Of a stretch of DNA of 63,831 nucleotides, positions 23,413 through 36,800 are shown piece after piece; positions within the stretch are counted from its first letter, which is position 1; every line of letters starts with the position of its first letter. Source of the DNA: Azolla caroliniana (taxonomy: Eukaryota; Plantae; Polypodiophyta); NCBI GenBank assembly GCA_043228905.1, contig JBHGNT010000159.1:1-63831 (forward strand), written 5' to 3'. The translations under genes were made by a program, and so were the position numbers. The notes beneath the pieces are model-generated. The model saw only the letters and a program-made list of their open reading frames with translations, was not told the DNA's origin and did no database searches.

Positions 23413-24970
23413 GAGGGTGCGGAACAAAACGCCCTCTCAGCTTGCGAAAACGGAACGGCCAAGGACAAGGCCGAGATACCGATCGCAGAATCGGAACGTT
23501 GGAACCGGCGGTTTTAGGCACGTCAGCCTGAAACTCCGGACATTGGAGAAGCAAGCCTAGGCAGGGCTTGCGCAATCGGTAAGGAGTCGACCACCGACTA
23601 TGAGGAGCCGATGGCTACGGACAAGGGCACAAATACGACGGGCGGTTCTATGCGTCTTCCCACACTTGCTCCGAAAACGATGGCAATCGGGCCCGAGTGC
23701 CCATGTGAGTCCCAAGAGGAGGAAGGTGGCGGCGTGAGACCGAGAATCGCCGGTGAGACGATACGAGGAAGGAGCGGACAAAAGCCCTCGGAACCGATTC
23801 CGGAGAACTCAGATTCGAGCTGTTATGCCCACGTGAGACAAAGGAGATGGATGACGATATCGAGGAGTCCTGGCACGATGTCAGTGAAGATGGATGGGAA
23901 ATGGCCCGCGAGGAGATCGGCGAAGGAACCATGGAACGACCTGATTGGGGACCGAACCGCACGGCACTCCGATTCGGGTGGGGCGCGATCCGGTTGTGGA
24001 TTGTTCGACTGTGCTAGAATCCGCATGAGGGTGCTGATACGAGAGGGGGTGTAGAACAAGCCGCCCTCTTTTACATGGGGAGAAAGACCGACCAGGCGAA
24101 GGTCGGAAATCAAAAGGAAGGTGATCAAGGGTTCAGAACGAATCCGGCGGGATCGGCATCGGAGCCGAAACTCCAGACATTGGAGAATCAAGCCCATGCG
24201 GGCTTGGTTGATCATAGAGCAGATGCTATCCATTGACACCACTAAAAGGGTCGGTGGCCTGGGATGAGTTGCCGAAAGACGTTACGAAATCGGTTACCCC
24301 ACATCTTGACCGGAGACTTCGGCGGTTCAAGCCAACGTGGCAACGTGGAAGGAGCGTAAAAGGTGGATCAATGGCGACGAGGGGGAAGAAGGGGTGGTTG
24401 ACCGAAATATGGGTCCTCCACACTCATTGCCGAGACTGAGGCGTTTGCGTTTGAGAACCAAAGGAAGACCTAAGAGACGGAAAGTGGTGCGAGCCACCCT
24501 CTCGACATGCGAAGAAGGAAGACCCAGGATAAGGGTCAGAGATACAGCACGCCCGAGGAGGATCCTTCACACCGGTTTTAGAGACTCCAATGGTCGGCCG
24601 AGAGCCGGCATGAGACCTAGAGTGATAAACGGTGGCGGCAAGGGGACGAGAGTGGAAGGCAGTGAAAGGCCGATCCTAAGGTGATCCTCACACCAATCCG
24701 GAGACACCAGTAGTTCAAGCCGACGTGGCAATGTGAGACCGATTGAGAAGGATGGTGGCGGCAGGTGAACGGGATCAAGCAGGAGGGGCGGAGGCAGAGC
24801 GGCAAGGAGGTATCAGTCCGGCACGGTGACCACTAACCGAAACTGGGCTGGAAGACAACGCGGAAGGAGGAGGAAGAATCGAAGGAAGGTCCTATGGGAT
24901 CCTCACACCAATATGGGGACACGGGTAGTTCAAGTCGACGTGGTAACGTGAGACCAAGTGAGAAGGATGG

Positions 24971-27900
24971 TGTAAAAAGTAACGTGCGGAAGCAAGTATG
25001 AAGACCGAGCAGAAGGAAGAAAACTCAGGTTTAATGGAGAGCTTGAGCTTACGCAGTATACGCAGGAGAGACAGAGAGAGTGAGAGAGAAAACACAAGAA
25101 CTATATTCAACAAAAGATCTCGATTCACTACTCTATACATATGTGTGTTCCATGAACACTTTTATACCAGTCCTCGAAGGATTGACCGAAGTACTAACCG
25201 TACTTCAATGCTCTTTAAGAGCTCCTACACTAACTCCCAAATATATTCCTCACGGAATATCTTTCCTAACGGCCTCCCGGTTTACGCACTCGGCCTAACC
25301 GATCGGTCCCAATCGATCCGGTCCTCGGCTTCTTCAGCCGATCCGGCCGATGTTGAGCTTGTCTCTCAACACTCCCCCTCAAGCTCAACTCGAGGCTCTT
25401 CGGGACCCTCGGGCTCACAGCTCCGGTTCCTCCTGGTTTTACGCCTCGCTCGCGCTCCTCGACCTGTTCGACTCCGCGCGCTTCGACCCTTCCAGTCGGC
25501 TTGTTTGCTCATGCGGCCCTTATCAGGTCTTCTGTTGTTGCGGTGTTGACACTTCTCCTGCTGCCTTTTCTTCTGCTTGGGCCTCGGTTGATTCAGCGTA
25601 TCTGAATCAAACATCCGAAAGGACTCGGCTACCTCCGACCGGTTTTCGCTCCCGTCCGAGTTGGCTGTCTCCAACTCGTCTTCGGTCTTCTCGCCCTTGC
25701 TGGCGTCATCTTCCCCATGCGTGGTTGGCTTCGGCTCTCTCCTTCGGCTGCTCCCCTTCTGTCCGCTTTCGGACTTTTCCACAGGGGGTCCGCCCTTGGC
25801 TTCTTTAGCCGATCCGAAGTCGAACTCGACAACCGAGTCAACAACCGAGTCAACCGACTCGGTGTCGCGGCCTCGGCTCCTTTCCTGCTGCTTTGCTTGG
25901 TAGTTCGGGATTGTTCTCCCCCGAGAATTGGCACGTCGAGAATTGCCGCAACTTGTCCAGACCAAGGTGCTTAGTGAAGATGTCGGCAGTCTGCCGATCC
26001 GTCGGAATGTACCGAAGTTCGTCTTCACCGGAAAGGACACGCTCACAGAAGAAATGGTAGTGCACCTCAATGTGCTTGGTCCATGCGTGGAAAACGGGGT
26101 TTTTCGCGAGCTGGATGCTGCTGAGGTTGTCGAAGTAGATCGTCGTCGGATCTGACACCTCCTCTTGCAGATCCTTAAGTAGCCGCTTCAACCATATGGC
26201 TTCGCATGTCGCGACAGCCGCTCCTCGGTACTCAGCTTCGATGCTCGACAGTGCAACTGTCGGCTGCTTCTTACTGCTCCACGCGATCGCGGCACTCCCG
26301 AGGGAGAACGTGTATCCAGACGTGGATCGGCGATCAGCGGCGTTGCCAGCCCAATCAACATCGGTGTAGACGACTAACTGCGCGGCTGCACCGGTCCGAT
26401 ATAGTAGTCCCCGGTCCTTAGTGTCGTTGACATACCGAAGTATGCGTTCCGCACACTGAAGGTGCTCCTCGGTAGGTCGCGCCATGAACTGACTAATCAC
26501 TCCGACCGGATAACTGAGGTCGGGTCGGGTGATGGTCAAGTATATGAGGCTTCCGACAATTTGTCGGAACCTCGTCGGGTCGCATACCGTTCCCGTATCG
26601 GGACGAAGCTTGACGGTTCTGTCCAGAGAAGTTGAGACTGACTTACAGTCGACCATCCCGAATTTGAAGAGCATACTCAGCACGTAGTGACGTTGGCTGA
26701 TCAATATGCCTTCGGGGGTACGGATCACTTCGATCCCGAGGAAGTAATGAAGGTCCCCCAAATCCTTCATGTCGAACGATGCCGCAAGCTAGAGCTTCAC
26801 GCGGTGGATTTCACCTAGGTCGGCGCCGGTGATGACAAAGTCATCAACATATAGTAAAATACTAACCGGTCCGAGTTGACCTTTCCGGATGAACAGGGAA
26901 GAGTCCGATTTTGACGTGACGAAACCCATCCGACGCAATTGTTGCGTGATCTTCGCGTTCCAGGCACGCGAGGCTTGCTTCAGTCCGTAAAGGGACTTCT
27001 TCAGTCGGCATACTGCCGAGGAGTTCGTTCCAGAGTGAAATCCAGGGGGCTGTACCATGTACACCTGTTCCTCAAGGTCACCTTGCAGGAACGCATTCTT
27101 TATATCCATCTGATGTAAGTGCCACCCCTTGGCCGCGGCTACTGCGAGCAAAACACGGACGGTCGTCATTTTCGCGACCGGCGCAAACGTCTCATCGTAG
27201 TCGATGCCGTGTTTCTGCGCGTAGCCCTTTGCCACTAGCCGAGCCTTGTACCGGTTGACTGAGCCATCGGTGTTGTAGTTGACCTTGTACACCCACCTAC
27301 ACCCGAACGGTTTTACCCCTCTTGGTGCGTCAACCAAGTTCCAGGTCTCGTTCTCCGCCAATGCATGCATCTCTTCCTCCATCGTGGCACGCCAATTCGC
27401 GTCTTTAGCAGCTTCTGCATAGCTCTCCGGCTCATGCACTTCCGCTACACGGGTCATGTACGCATAATGATGCGCCATGTACTCGTTGTATCCGAATCGC
27501 AAAACAAGATTCTTCTGGCGGGTAGATCGGCGTAATCTCACATTAGCCGATGTCGAGGCCTTCTCGGTCGACGCGGTCTTCACCTTTAAAGACCCGTCAC
27601 CGGTTCCCTCGGAGTCGGACTCGCGTCGGTCTGACTCGTTCCTATCCGTGCCGGAATCCGACACCTTCTTCTTCCCTTTCTCTTTGCGTGTAAGCCGTCT
27701 CCTCGGTTTCCTGCGCGGGGAATGCACGGCCGAGTCTCCACTACTCGTCGGCTCTTCATCGGACTGGTCGTACCGACTCACTCGTCCAATCGCTCCACTT
27801 AAACGGAGTGAAATCGGACTCTCTTCGCGGGTCTTGATTTCGGGCTCATCCGGAGGCATCTCGGCCTCGCTGACCTCATCGTCAGAGCTCGGATTGGAGT

Positions 27901-30479
27901 TGGGGTTCGGAGTTGGGGGCTGGTACCAGGACGCGGACTCGTCAAACACAACGTCGCGGCTAACACGCGCTTGTTTGGTGCAAGGGTTATAGCACTTATA
28001 GCCCTTCTGCTCGTCCGAGTAACCGACCAAGATGCATTTCTCGGCCTTTGCGTCCAGCTTCCTCCTTTTCTTCTTCGGTACATGCACATACGCAATGCTA
28101 CCGAACACCCTCAAGTATCGCAAGTTCGGCGTGTATCTACAACTGAATTCGCGCCGAATTCCCATTTGTTGTAGATAACCGTTGAATTGACCTGAAAAGT
28201 ACTCTTTCCCGCCATCCGACCGCAGGCACTTGATCTTTCGTCCCGTTTCCGTTTCCACGAACCCTTTGAGGTCCCGGAAATAGTCGAAGACTTCGCTCTT
28301 CCTCTCAATGAGGTAGATCGACGTGTGCCGCGTGTGGTCGTCGATGAAGGAGACGAAATATCGGCTCCCACCAAGACTAACATTTTGTGCCGGCCCCCAT
28401 ACATCGGAGTGTATAAGGTCGAGCTTATTCCGGCTCCGGTTTTGCTCGTTGGGGAAAGGAAGTCGGTGTTGCTTCCTGAGCTGGCAGGCTTCACAAATTT
28501 GTGCCTTTCGGCCACTAAATTTGGGCAATCCGAACACTACCTGTTTCGATTGCAGATCTTGAAGCCGCTGGTAGTTGACATGGTCTATCCGCTTGTGCCA
28601 CAAGTCGATGTCCGACTCGGTTTTTCTTCCCTTCGCAAACATTGTGGTGCCGCCGTCAGTGGAGTTGAGGATGAACATCCTCCCGTCTCTGCGCCCTTGC
28701 GCAATCACACGGCCTTCTTCCTCAATGAAGCACCCGAGGTGTGTAAACCGGACCTCCATCCCTTGGTCGACGATCTGTCCGACCGAGACCAAGTTCTTCG
28801 TGATTGTCGGAATGTGCAGCACGCTCATGAGTTTCCCTTTCTGCCCGACATGGCTAAGGGGAACTTCTTCGACATTCGCGATCGGATGCGGAGTGTCGTC
28901 TCCTGTTGCGACTACTCCAGGTTGTATCGGTTTTTCAAGGTACGAGAACCACTCCTTATGGCTCGTCATGTTGATTGACGCGCCGGAGTCTACGTACCAT
29001 AGCTCATCCGATCTCGGGGTGATCTGTTTCATTGACTTTGGTTTGTGTCTCGTCACGAAGGCAGACCCTTCTCTGGCTCTCCCGGAGTCTTCGGCGTAGT
29101 GTGATCACTGCCGATTTCCCTTGTCGGTATGTCCGGAGCCGTTTTCGGAACCGGTTCTCTCCGAATCGGCGTGCTTCTTCCAGCACTCACTTTCCCTGTG
29201 GCCTTTCTTGTCACAGTACCAGCACTCCGCGATGGCCTTCTCTTGCCGGTTCTCATCGCTTCGACTCCCCCTGTTTCCGGAGGGTTCGGAGTTGCTGTCG
29301 GCCCTAAACCGGTGCCTTCTTCCTTGATCTCGTCGGCCGCCTCCATTGCGCGCCGACTCGCCTCGACCTCCACGTCCACGGGGCCTATCTCCCTCCGTGT
29401 ACAACATTCTGCCGTCGGTGTGCGTGCTTGTAGAGGCACCCGCGTGGTTCTCCTCTACCAGGAGCATTGACTGTAAGTCGAAAAAGGACGACGTATTCTC
29501 CCGGGTACACACAGCCGTCCAGAACGCTCCGAACTTCGACGCCAAACCTCCGAGACAGATCTGGACCATCTCACTCTCCTCGATGTTCACCTCTATGGAG
29601 GCGAGGGAGTCGCAGATATCCTTGATCTTCGAGGTATAGTCCGCCACCGACAAGTCGCGTTGTCGTAGGTTGCTCAACTCCTGTCGGAGCTGAAGCTTCC
29701 TGGCTGTGGTGCTCATGGCGAAGATCTTCTTCAGATTTTCCCATGCACCCTTCGGCGTCTTTGCATCCCGAACATAGCTCAATAGCTGTCCACACACGAC
29801 GCGAAGCAGTATAATACCCTGCTCACCGATTGCTCCCACGACGGGAAGTCTCTGTGTGTCGATTCAGGTGCCGCGTCATTAGCTCCTTCGACATAACTCT
29901 AGTAGCCGTGCCCGAGCAGGTACTGGTGCATCTTGTAAGACCAAGACGTGTAGTTGGTTCTGTCGAGCTTCTCTGTTGGAAGCGAGCTCACCATGCCTCT
30001 ATCCATCGTTCTTCTTGTTCTTCTTCGTCAAGCTATGTCGGCTGCAGAGAGGTTCTCAACCCTTGCGCTCTGATACCATGTAAAAAGTAATGGGCGGAAG
30101 TAAGTATGAAGACCAAATAGAAGGAAGAAAACTCAGGTTTAATGGAGAGCTTGAGCTTACGCAGTATACGCGGGAGAGACAGAGAGAGTGAGAGAGAAAA
30201 CACAAGAACTATATTCAACAAAAGATCTCGATTCACTACTCTATACATATGTGTGTTCCATGAACTCTTTTATACAAGTCCTCGAAGGATTGACCGAAGG
30301 ATTGACCGTACTTCAATGCTCTTTAAGAGCTCCTACACTAACTCCCAAATATATTCCTCACGGAATATCTTTCCTAACGGCCTCCCGGTTTACGCACTCG
30401 GCCTAACCGATCAGTCCCAACCGATCCGGTCCTCGACTTCTTCAGCCGATCTGACCGATGTTGAGCTTGTCTCTCAACA
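24971..30479 (-). mobile_element. Copia F, complete: two 401-bp LTRs (24971..25371, 30079..30479), TSD GATGG
   Basis: GATGG at 24966-24970 and 30480-30484; iMet PBS 30067..30078; PPT 25372..25383. Confidence 0.97.
25372..29994 (-). pseudogene. Copia F gag-pol with stops, frameshifts and an integrase deletion
   Basis: Gag knuckle CWYCDKKGHRESEC; protease WYVDSGAS; IN HSDVWGP, RSDGGKEY; RT QMDIKNAFLQG, YVDDF; RH DVDWAG...TKHIEVHYHF (ORFs 29105..29839, 26789..29056, 25850..26770). Confidence 0.95.
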
Positions 30480-30808
30480 GATGGTGGCGGTAGGAAACGG
30501 GAACCGGCGATGTAGAAAGAGCGGATTGGGAGCCGATGAGACGGGAGCCGGCAAGACTCAAATTGAAGAAGGGGCGAACCCTTACCGGTCGGTTACGGTT
30601 TCGGAAGGAGCCGGTAAGGACCAACCAGGGAGCGGTGGGTCAAGCTGGAAATGCACACCCGGGAGCGGAACATAAGACGTGCATGTGGCCATTAAGGACC
30701 AATTTGAAGCACGAGTATGGGACGATGTTCGGCACGGGTGGTGCCGAACAAGGATGGTGGAAGACGGTGTCGTGAAGAAAATCAGCCATAGGCGGAATTG
30801 GAGAGAAG

Positions 30809-33800
30809 TCCTCCTGCTTTTATCCCCGTGAGCGCCTGCACCGCTCCTTCCGTGACTTCTGATATATCGATCGATGCTGCCGCCTGCTCTGGTTCTGCGT
30901 GTGGTGGAGCGTCGGCGATCCGCAACAATCCTTTTAACCCGTTCTCCCTCATCCATTGGCGTGCCTCTTCCGACAGTACCATTGTTTCGAATTCTTCTTC
31001 TGCTGCCTGTTGTTCAGGATCGGGCTGTGTGTGCTCTGTGCGTCGGATCGCTCTACTGTGCTTCAGCGCCTGTATGTAGGAAAATTCGTAAAAAGTGAGT
31101 CCTTCGCAGGCCTGTGTCTTATATAGTGGCCTTTGGCTCGAGCCGCCCTTTTTCGTTTCCCGCGCATGTTCCTCTCCCGCCATAATTAGTATGTCCTTTC
31201 TTGTTTGCCGCGTGTGAGTGCCCACGTTCCATGCTTTAAATAGCAAGTACGCGCACGTCCTTCTTTAATGCATGGCGCCTCTTCGTTGCATGGTGGCGCT
31301 CCCACCTCTTGTGATCTCCCCATCATTACTATGATTCGCATCGATTTTGCCCACGTCTTCTTTTTTTTTTTTTTTTTTTTCTTTGTTTGGACCACGTGAT
31401 TTGCTGGTCCCCCCCGATTTGTTCGGGTCGGTTCGTGTGGATACCGGATCCTTCTGTCGGTTTTCCGGGATAGTCTTTGTCAATATCGGTGTCGGTTCTT
31501 CATCTTGCCGGATTTTCGGGTTTTTCTTGAACGGGTTTGCTGGCATATTTCCCTTATACGGCTTTAGCCGAAACCCATTTGCCCACTTGCCGATGACATC
31601 TCCAGACAACGTGCCGAGCTGATACGACCCATTGTACTCCTTGGTGATCCAGAACGGTCCGGTCCATCGAAACCGCAACTTTCCCGACATGTTCCCTATC
31701 CGTGTCTGGAATAGTAGCACCGGTTTCCCAACTTCGAACTCCTTTTCATTGCCACGCCGGTGTCGGTCCACGAAAGCTTTTCTCCTCCTTTGCTCCAGTT
31801 CGAGTTGTAGTAAGCTGGCTATTCGGTTTTCTTCTAATTCCAACAACGTCGCCAGCCAGATTCGTTCGGACTCGTTCTCACTTAAGCGCTCCTTCACCTG
31901 AATCCGTAAGCTGGGGATCTGGAACTCTACCGGCATGACCGCTTCTAACCCGAATCCTAGACGGAACGGGGTTGTCCGGATGCTGGTTTTGTACGTTGTT
32001 CGGTACGCCCATAGCGCGCTTTGCAATTTCGTATCCCAGTCGGTCCGGTTCTCGTTGACGATTTTTCGTAGGATGTTCTGCAGAGTTTTGTTCGTTGATT
32101 CCGCTAGTCCATTGGCTTGAGGGTAGTAGGGTGTACTCTTTTTATGTACCACCGCGTAAAATGACGTCAGGCTTTCTACTACCTGCCCGAGAAAATGCCC
32201 TCCTTGGTCACTTATAAGCTTGATCGGGCAACCATACCGGCACCATATGCACTCGTACAGGAGCTTTGCCCTGGACGCGACCGTGTTGTCCCGTAAGGCC
32301 TTTGCTTCTACCCATTTGGTGCAATAGTCGGTTGCCACTATGACATACCGATTTCCGGTTCGCATTGCCAGTTGCTTGAAGGGACCGACAAAGTCCAAAC
32401 CCCACTTTTGAAACGGTTCTAAGGGCAAGACCGGGTGGTGTGGCATCCGGGCCTGCTCTGTGGGTTGGCCCAGTTGTTGACACAAATCGCATTCTCTGCT
32501 ATACTTCACGGCATCTTTTAGGGTGGTGGGCCACCACAGTCCGCTCTGCCATATTTTTCGAGCGGTTGCGTCGCCGGCATAATGCCCACCGGCAATTCCA
32601 CAGTGGGCTTCCCTGAGGATTAAATCCTTCTCATCGCTCCGCACTGCTCGTCTCCAGATGCCATCTGCCCCCTTGTGATAGAGGGTGTCTCCAACCAAGC
32701 AGAAGTGTCTACTTCTTACTGCTACCCTTTTCCTTTCATCGCGGTCCATGTTCTCCAGGGGAACTCTGGTGCTCAGGAACTGATGCATCTCAGTTAGCCA
32801 TGTGTCTTCATCGGCTACCGTTGTATCCGTTGCCGGTTTCGTCGTGATCCGGAACAATTCGGCGTCGGGAAAGTCATCCTGGACGCCGTCCCCTGCTTCT
32901 CCGGATTCGAGTCTGCTTAGGTAGTCCGCTACCGCATGCTGCGCCCCGGGTCGGTGGAAAATGTCGAATTCAAATTCCTGTAGCAGCAGTGTCCACCGTG
33001 CAATTTTTCCCGTCAGGGATGCCTTCGAGACCAGGTAGAGTAGTGCCGAATGGTCGACATGGAAGGAAAACTTCCTTCCGAGCAGATAGTGCCTGTACTT
33101 TGTGACACTATACACCATTCCCAATGCCTCGCGTTCCGTCGTAGAGTAATTCCGTTCGGCTTTTGAGAGTTTCCGGCTTGCGTAGTACACCGGTCGGTAC
33201 CATTTCGGCTCCGTGAGTTGCATCAGAACCCTGCCGATTGCTACGTCCGACGCGTCGACGAAGACGTGAAAGCTTTTACTCCAATCCGGCGGTTGCACCA
33301 CCGGAGCTTGCGACAACATAACCTTCAACGCTTGGTAGGCTTCCTCCTCCGTCTCCGCCCATAGGAAGGGTACCCTATGTACGGCGGTATGTAACGGTGT
33401 AGCGAAGTTTGCGAGGTGCCGTATCATCCGGCTATGCCACCTTATTTGGCCCAGGAACCGGCTTAAAGCCTTTGCGTTATTTGGTGCTGGTGCCTCGAGA
33501 ATCGCCTTGACTTTATCCGGATCTACCGCGATTCCTTCCTTACTCACCACGTGCCCTAGTAAGTTGCCGCTTGCCACTCCAAAGACGCACTTGGCCGGGT
33601 TCAGGCTTAATCGGTACTCGCGGCACTTCTCCAAGCACAGCCGGAGGTGATCGAGATGCTCTCCGTGCCGGCTATAGACCGCGAAATCGTCAAGGAAGAC
33701 CTGCATAAAACCGGGGATATATTTCCCGAAAATTTCCATTATTATCTTTTGAAAGGTCGCTGGAGCCGTCTTTAGTCCGAACATCATCACGACCGCGACG

Positions 33801-36800
33801 AACACTCCCCATTCCGTCACGAATGATGTCTTCTCCTGGTCGGCCGGGTTCATTCGTATTTGGTTGTAGCCGCTAAATCCATCTAGGAAGCTGTAAACTT
33901 CGTGGCCGGCTACCGCATCTAACACCCCGTCCGTAAATGGTAGTGGAAACGCATCGGTCACTGTTGCGGCATTTAGTTTTCGGTAGTCCACGCATACCCG
34001 GATTTTGCCGTTCTTTTTCGGGACCACCAATATCGGACTCAGCCAGGTTGCCTGCTTGACCGGTCGGATAAATCCGACCCGGAGGAGCTTATCAATTTCC
34101 TCCTTCACCTTTGCCGCATAATTCGGATTCATCCGGTACCTTCGTTGAGCGATCGGTTTCGCGTCCGTACTTAGGTGAATTTGGTGCTGATAGAGCTGGG
34201 GGTCCAACCCTCGCATGTCTTTGTACGACCACGCGAACACATCCTTGAAGTCTGTTAATAATGCTACCATTGCCTTCTTTTCTTCCTTCGGCAATTCCTT
34301 TGCAACATTTACCGGTCGGGGCTTGTCTGCTGTGCCAAGGTCCACCTCCTCGAGTTGGGATGCTTTTACCCTCTGGGATATCATCATTTCCCTCTCTAGG
34401 GATTCCTGCGCTTGTCGCAGTTCCCGGATCGCTGCGTGGTCCGGTTCATCCGGTGTCGTAATGTACGGTTCTACTGCCGCCGTGATATCCACCTCAAATA
34501 GTGGGACGATTCCTGGGTGTTCCTCGAGGTACCGCTCGACTTCCTCGTCCGGTAATCCCTCCAACATGTTAATGCTTTCCGCATACAATGGAGTTGCTTC
34601 CTTACTGGTGATCACCCGTGGTTGCGTCGTTACTCGTACCTTTGTTTTCCCTCGCCGGAATGTGATCATGTTCTTTTGCCAGCTCTGCTTCATATGCGCC
34701 GTTCGCAGCCATGGTCGTCCGAGCAGTAGGGGGTACGCGCCTTGTACATTCAGCTGCAGCACCACGGCCGATATCCGGAATACGTGGCCTCCGATCGTTA
34801 CTTCCAAATCCCGGATAAGCCCGGTCTGTCGGACTGAGCTGGTATCCGCCATGCGTAACCAGAAGGGGCATGGTTCCCAATCCCGGATGCCCAGGTCGTT
34901 GCATGTCTGTTGGCTGATGACATTTACCCCGGAGCCTCCGTCAATAATCGTTCGAGCAATTTCCTTTCCTTTCACGATTGCCGTGATCGCCGGGCTACTT
35001 GTATCGACCACCGCTGGTCCTTCCTCCGGGTTGGAGAAGAATGTTGGTGCTTGCGTCGGCTTCGGTTTGCTCACGGATGCCTGTAAGTCTGCCGTAAACC
35101 GTGGCACCAACTGTAGTAGTGGTGCTAACGGCAGCACGATTTGACAGTCCTGTAGCGCTTGCCACGTCGGGTTTTCCCCTGGCTGTATGATTTCTTCGTC
35201 TTTTGGCATATTTTTGTCTCTTACTTCTGCCGCATTTTGTTCATTGGCCTGCTTGATCCATTGTGCCGCTTGTTTTCTGATTGCCTCCTGGGCTTCCCAC
35301 TCGGCAGTCTTTCCCTTTGACCGGGTTGTGACCTGCTGTACTTCTGTTATTTCGGCTGTAACCATGTTGACTTCCGGCTGCTTGTCATTGGTTTTGCTTG
35401 GGCATTGGTTACTATAGTGGCCTTCCTTACGGCAGTAATAACAGTACACCTTGTGACTATTGCTCGTTTCTCCTTTGTCCCCGGTTTGGAGGGTGGGTAT
35501 GCTCCGGCGGTCGTCTTCGGTTTTTCGGTTATCCGGTACCGATACCGGGTTGTCATTCCTCGCTGCCTCCCGACGTTCCTCTCTTCGGAAAAATCCACGC
35601 TTCTGATTCCGTTGGAAATTTCTGTTCCCTTGTCGCCTCTCTTCTCTGCATCGTTCGTATTCCGGGGATTCGTCTCGGTCGTACCGGTCCCGGGGGTAGC
35701 TATCTCTGTGTCTCTCCTCTCGGTCATAGTTATCGCGTCTTCTATCAGCGTATATGTTACCGTCGTCTCTCCGGAATCGATCCTCGTCCGGGTTCTGATT
35801 GCGCGGTTCTATGTGTCGAACCGGTGCTGCCTGCCGATTTAACAGGTTATATTCGCATCGGTCCGTTGTATGGGCTCGAGAGTTGCAGATCATACATTGT
35901 GTCCGCAGGGTGCAGTCTACTGTTGAGTGCCCCGAATTTAGGCATGTTGTACATTGTAAGGCCTGTCGGAACCTCAGATCTTCCTCCTTCGGGAGTGCCC
36001 GGTGTAACATCCCCATCGACAAGAAGGGGCTAGTCTTGTCCATTTCTAAAACCCGATCAATAACTTGGTCCATTGTGCGGGTTTGGAAATCAAGGACTCC
36101 GCACATTGTTCGAAGTGGCTCTTTTAGCGCGGCCAAAAAGACGGCTTTGGCTTCGTCTTCGGGTGGTGCTCTTATCAGTTGGCTGTGCAAGGTCTGAAAC
36201 CGAATGATGAATTGTGGCACAGTCTCGTTCTCTTCCTGCCGGGTGGTGTAGAACTGCCCGACCAATTCCTTTTGCTCAAATTGTCTGTGAAAAAGCCTGA
36301 GGAATCTGGCCTTCAAGGCATCGAATGTGGCAAAGCTGCCCGGTAAGTGCTTTACGTGCAATCGGGCCGCCGGTCCTTCTAAGGTTATGCCGAATTCGGC
36401 GACTTTGGATCATTCGGCTTCGGGCTCCGTCAGTCTTTGGGAGACATGGTTGGCTTCCCATGTTTGGAGGAATGCGTACACGTGTGCCTCCGCGTCGGCC
36501 TCATCCCGGTACTTTGGGTATGGGTACGGCATCGTGTCGTCCAACTGACTCTCCTGCTTCCTTCGCTCTCTGTCCGCTGTTGGCGTTGGTGTGAGAACCC
36601 TTGGTTCCTCCGTGGGTGTTGCTGGTGTCCGGTCCTTTGGTTCCTCCGCGGGTGTTGTCGGTATCCGCTCCTTCGGTTCCTTCACGGTTGTTGTCGGTAT
36701 CCGGTCAGCCTCCCTCGGCGATTGCCGGTCACCGAATTCCAGGGTTATTTCTTCCTCTGGCGCCGGTGTTACTGAGTCTTCCAACCCCTCGTCCTCCCGG

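Noticed and set aside
34215-35144. Long antisense ORFs over pol genes (also 9640..10245, 28325..28978, 61440..62015)
   Set aside because: Shadow frames of GC-rich retroelement coding sequence.
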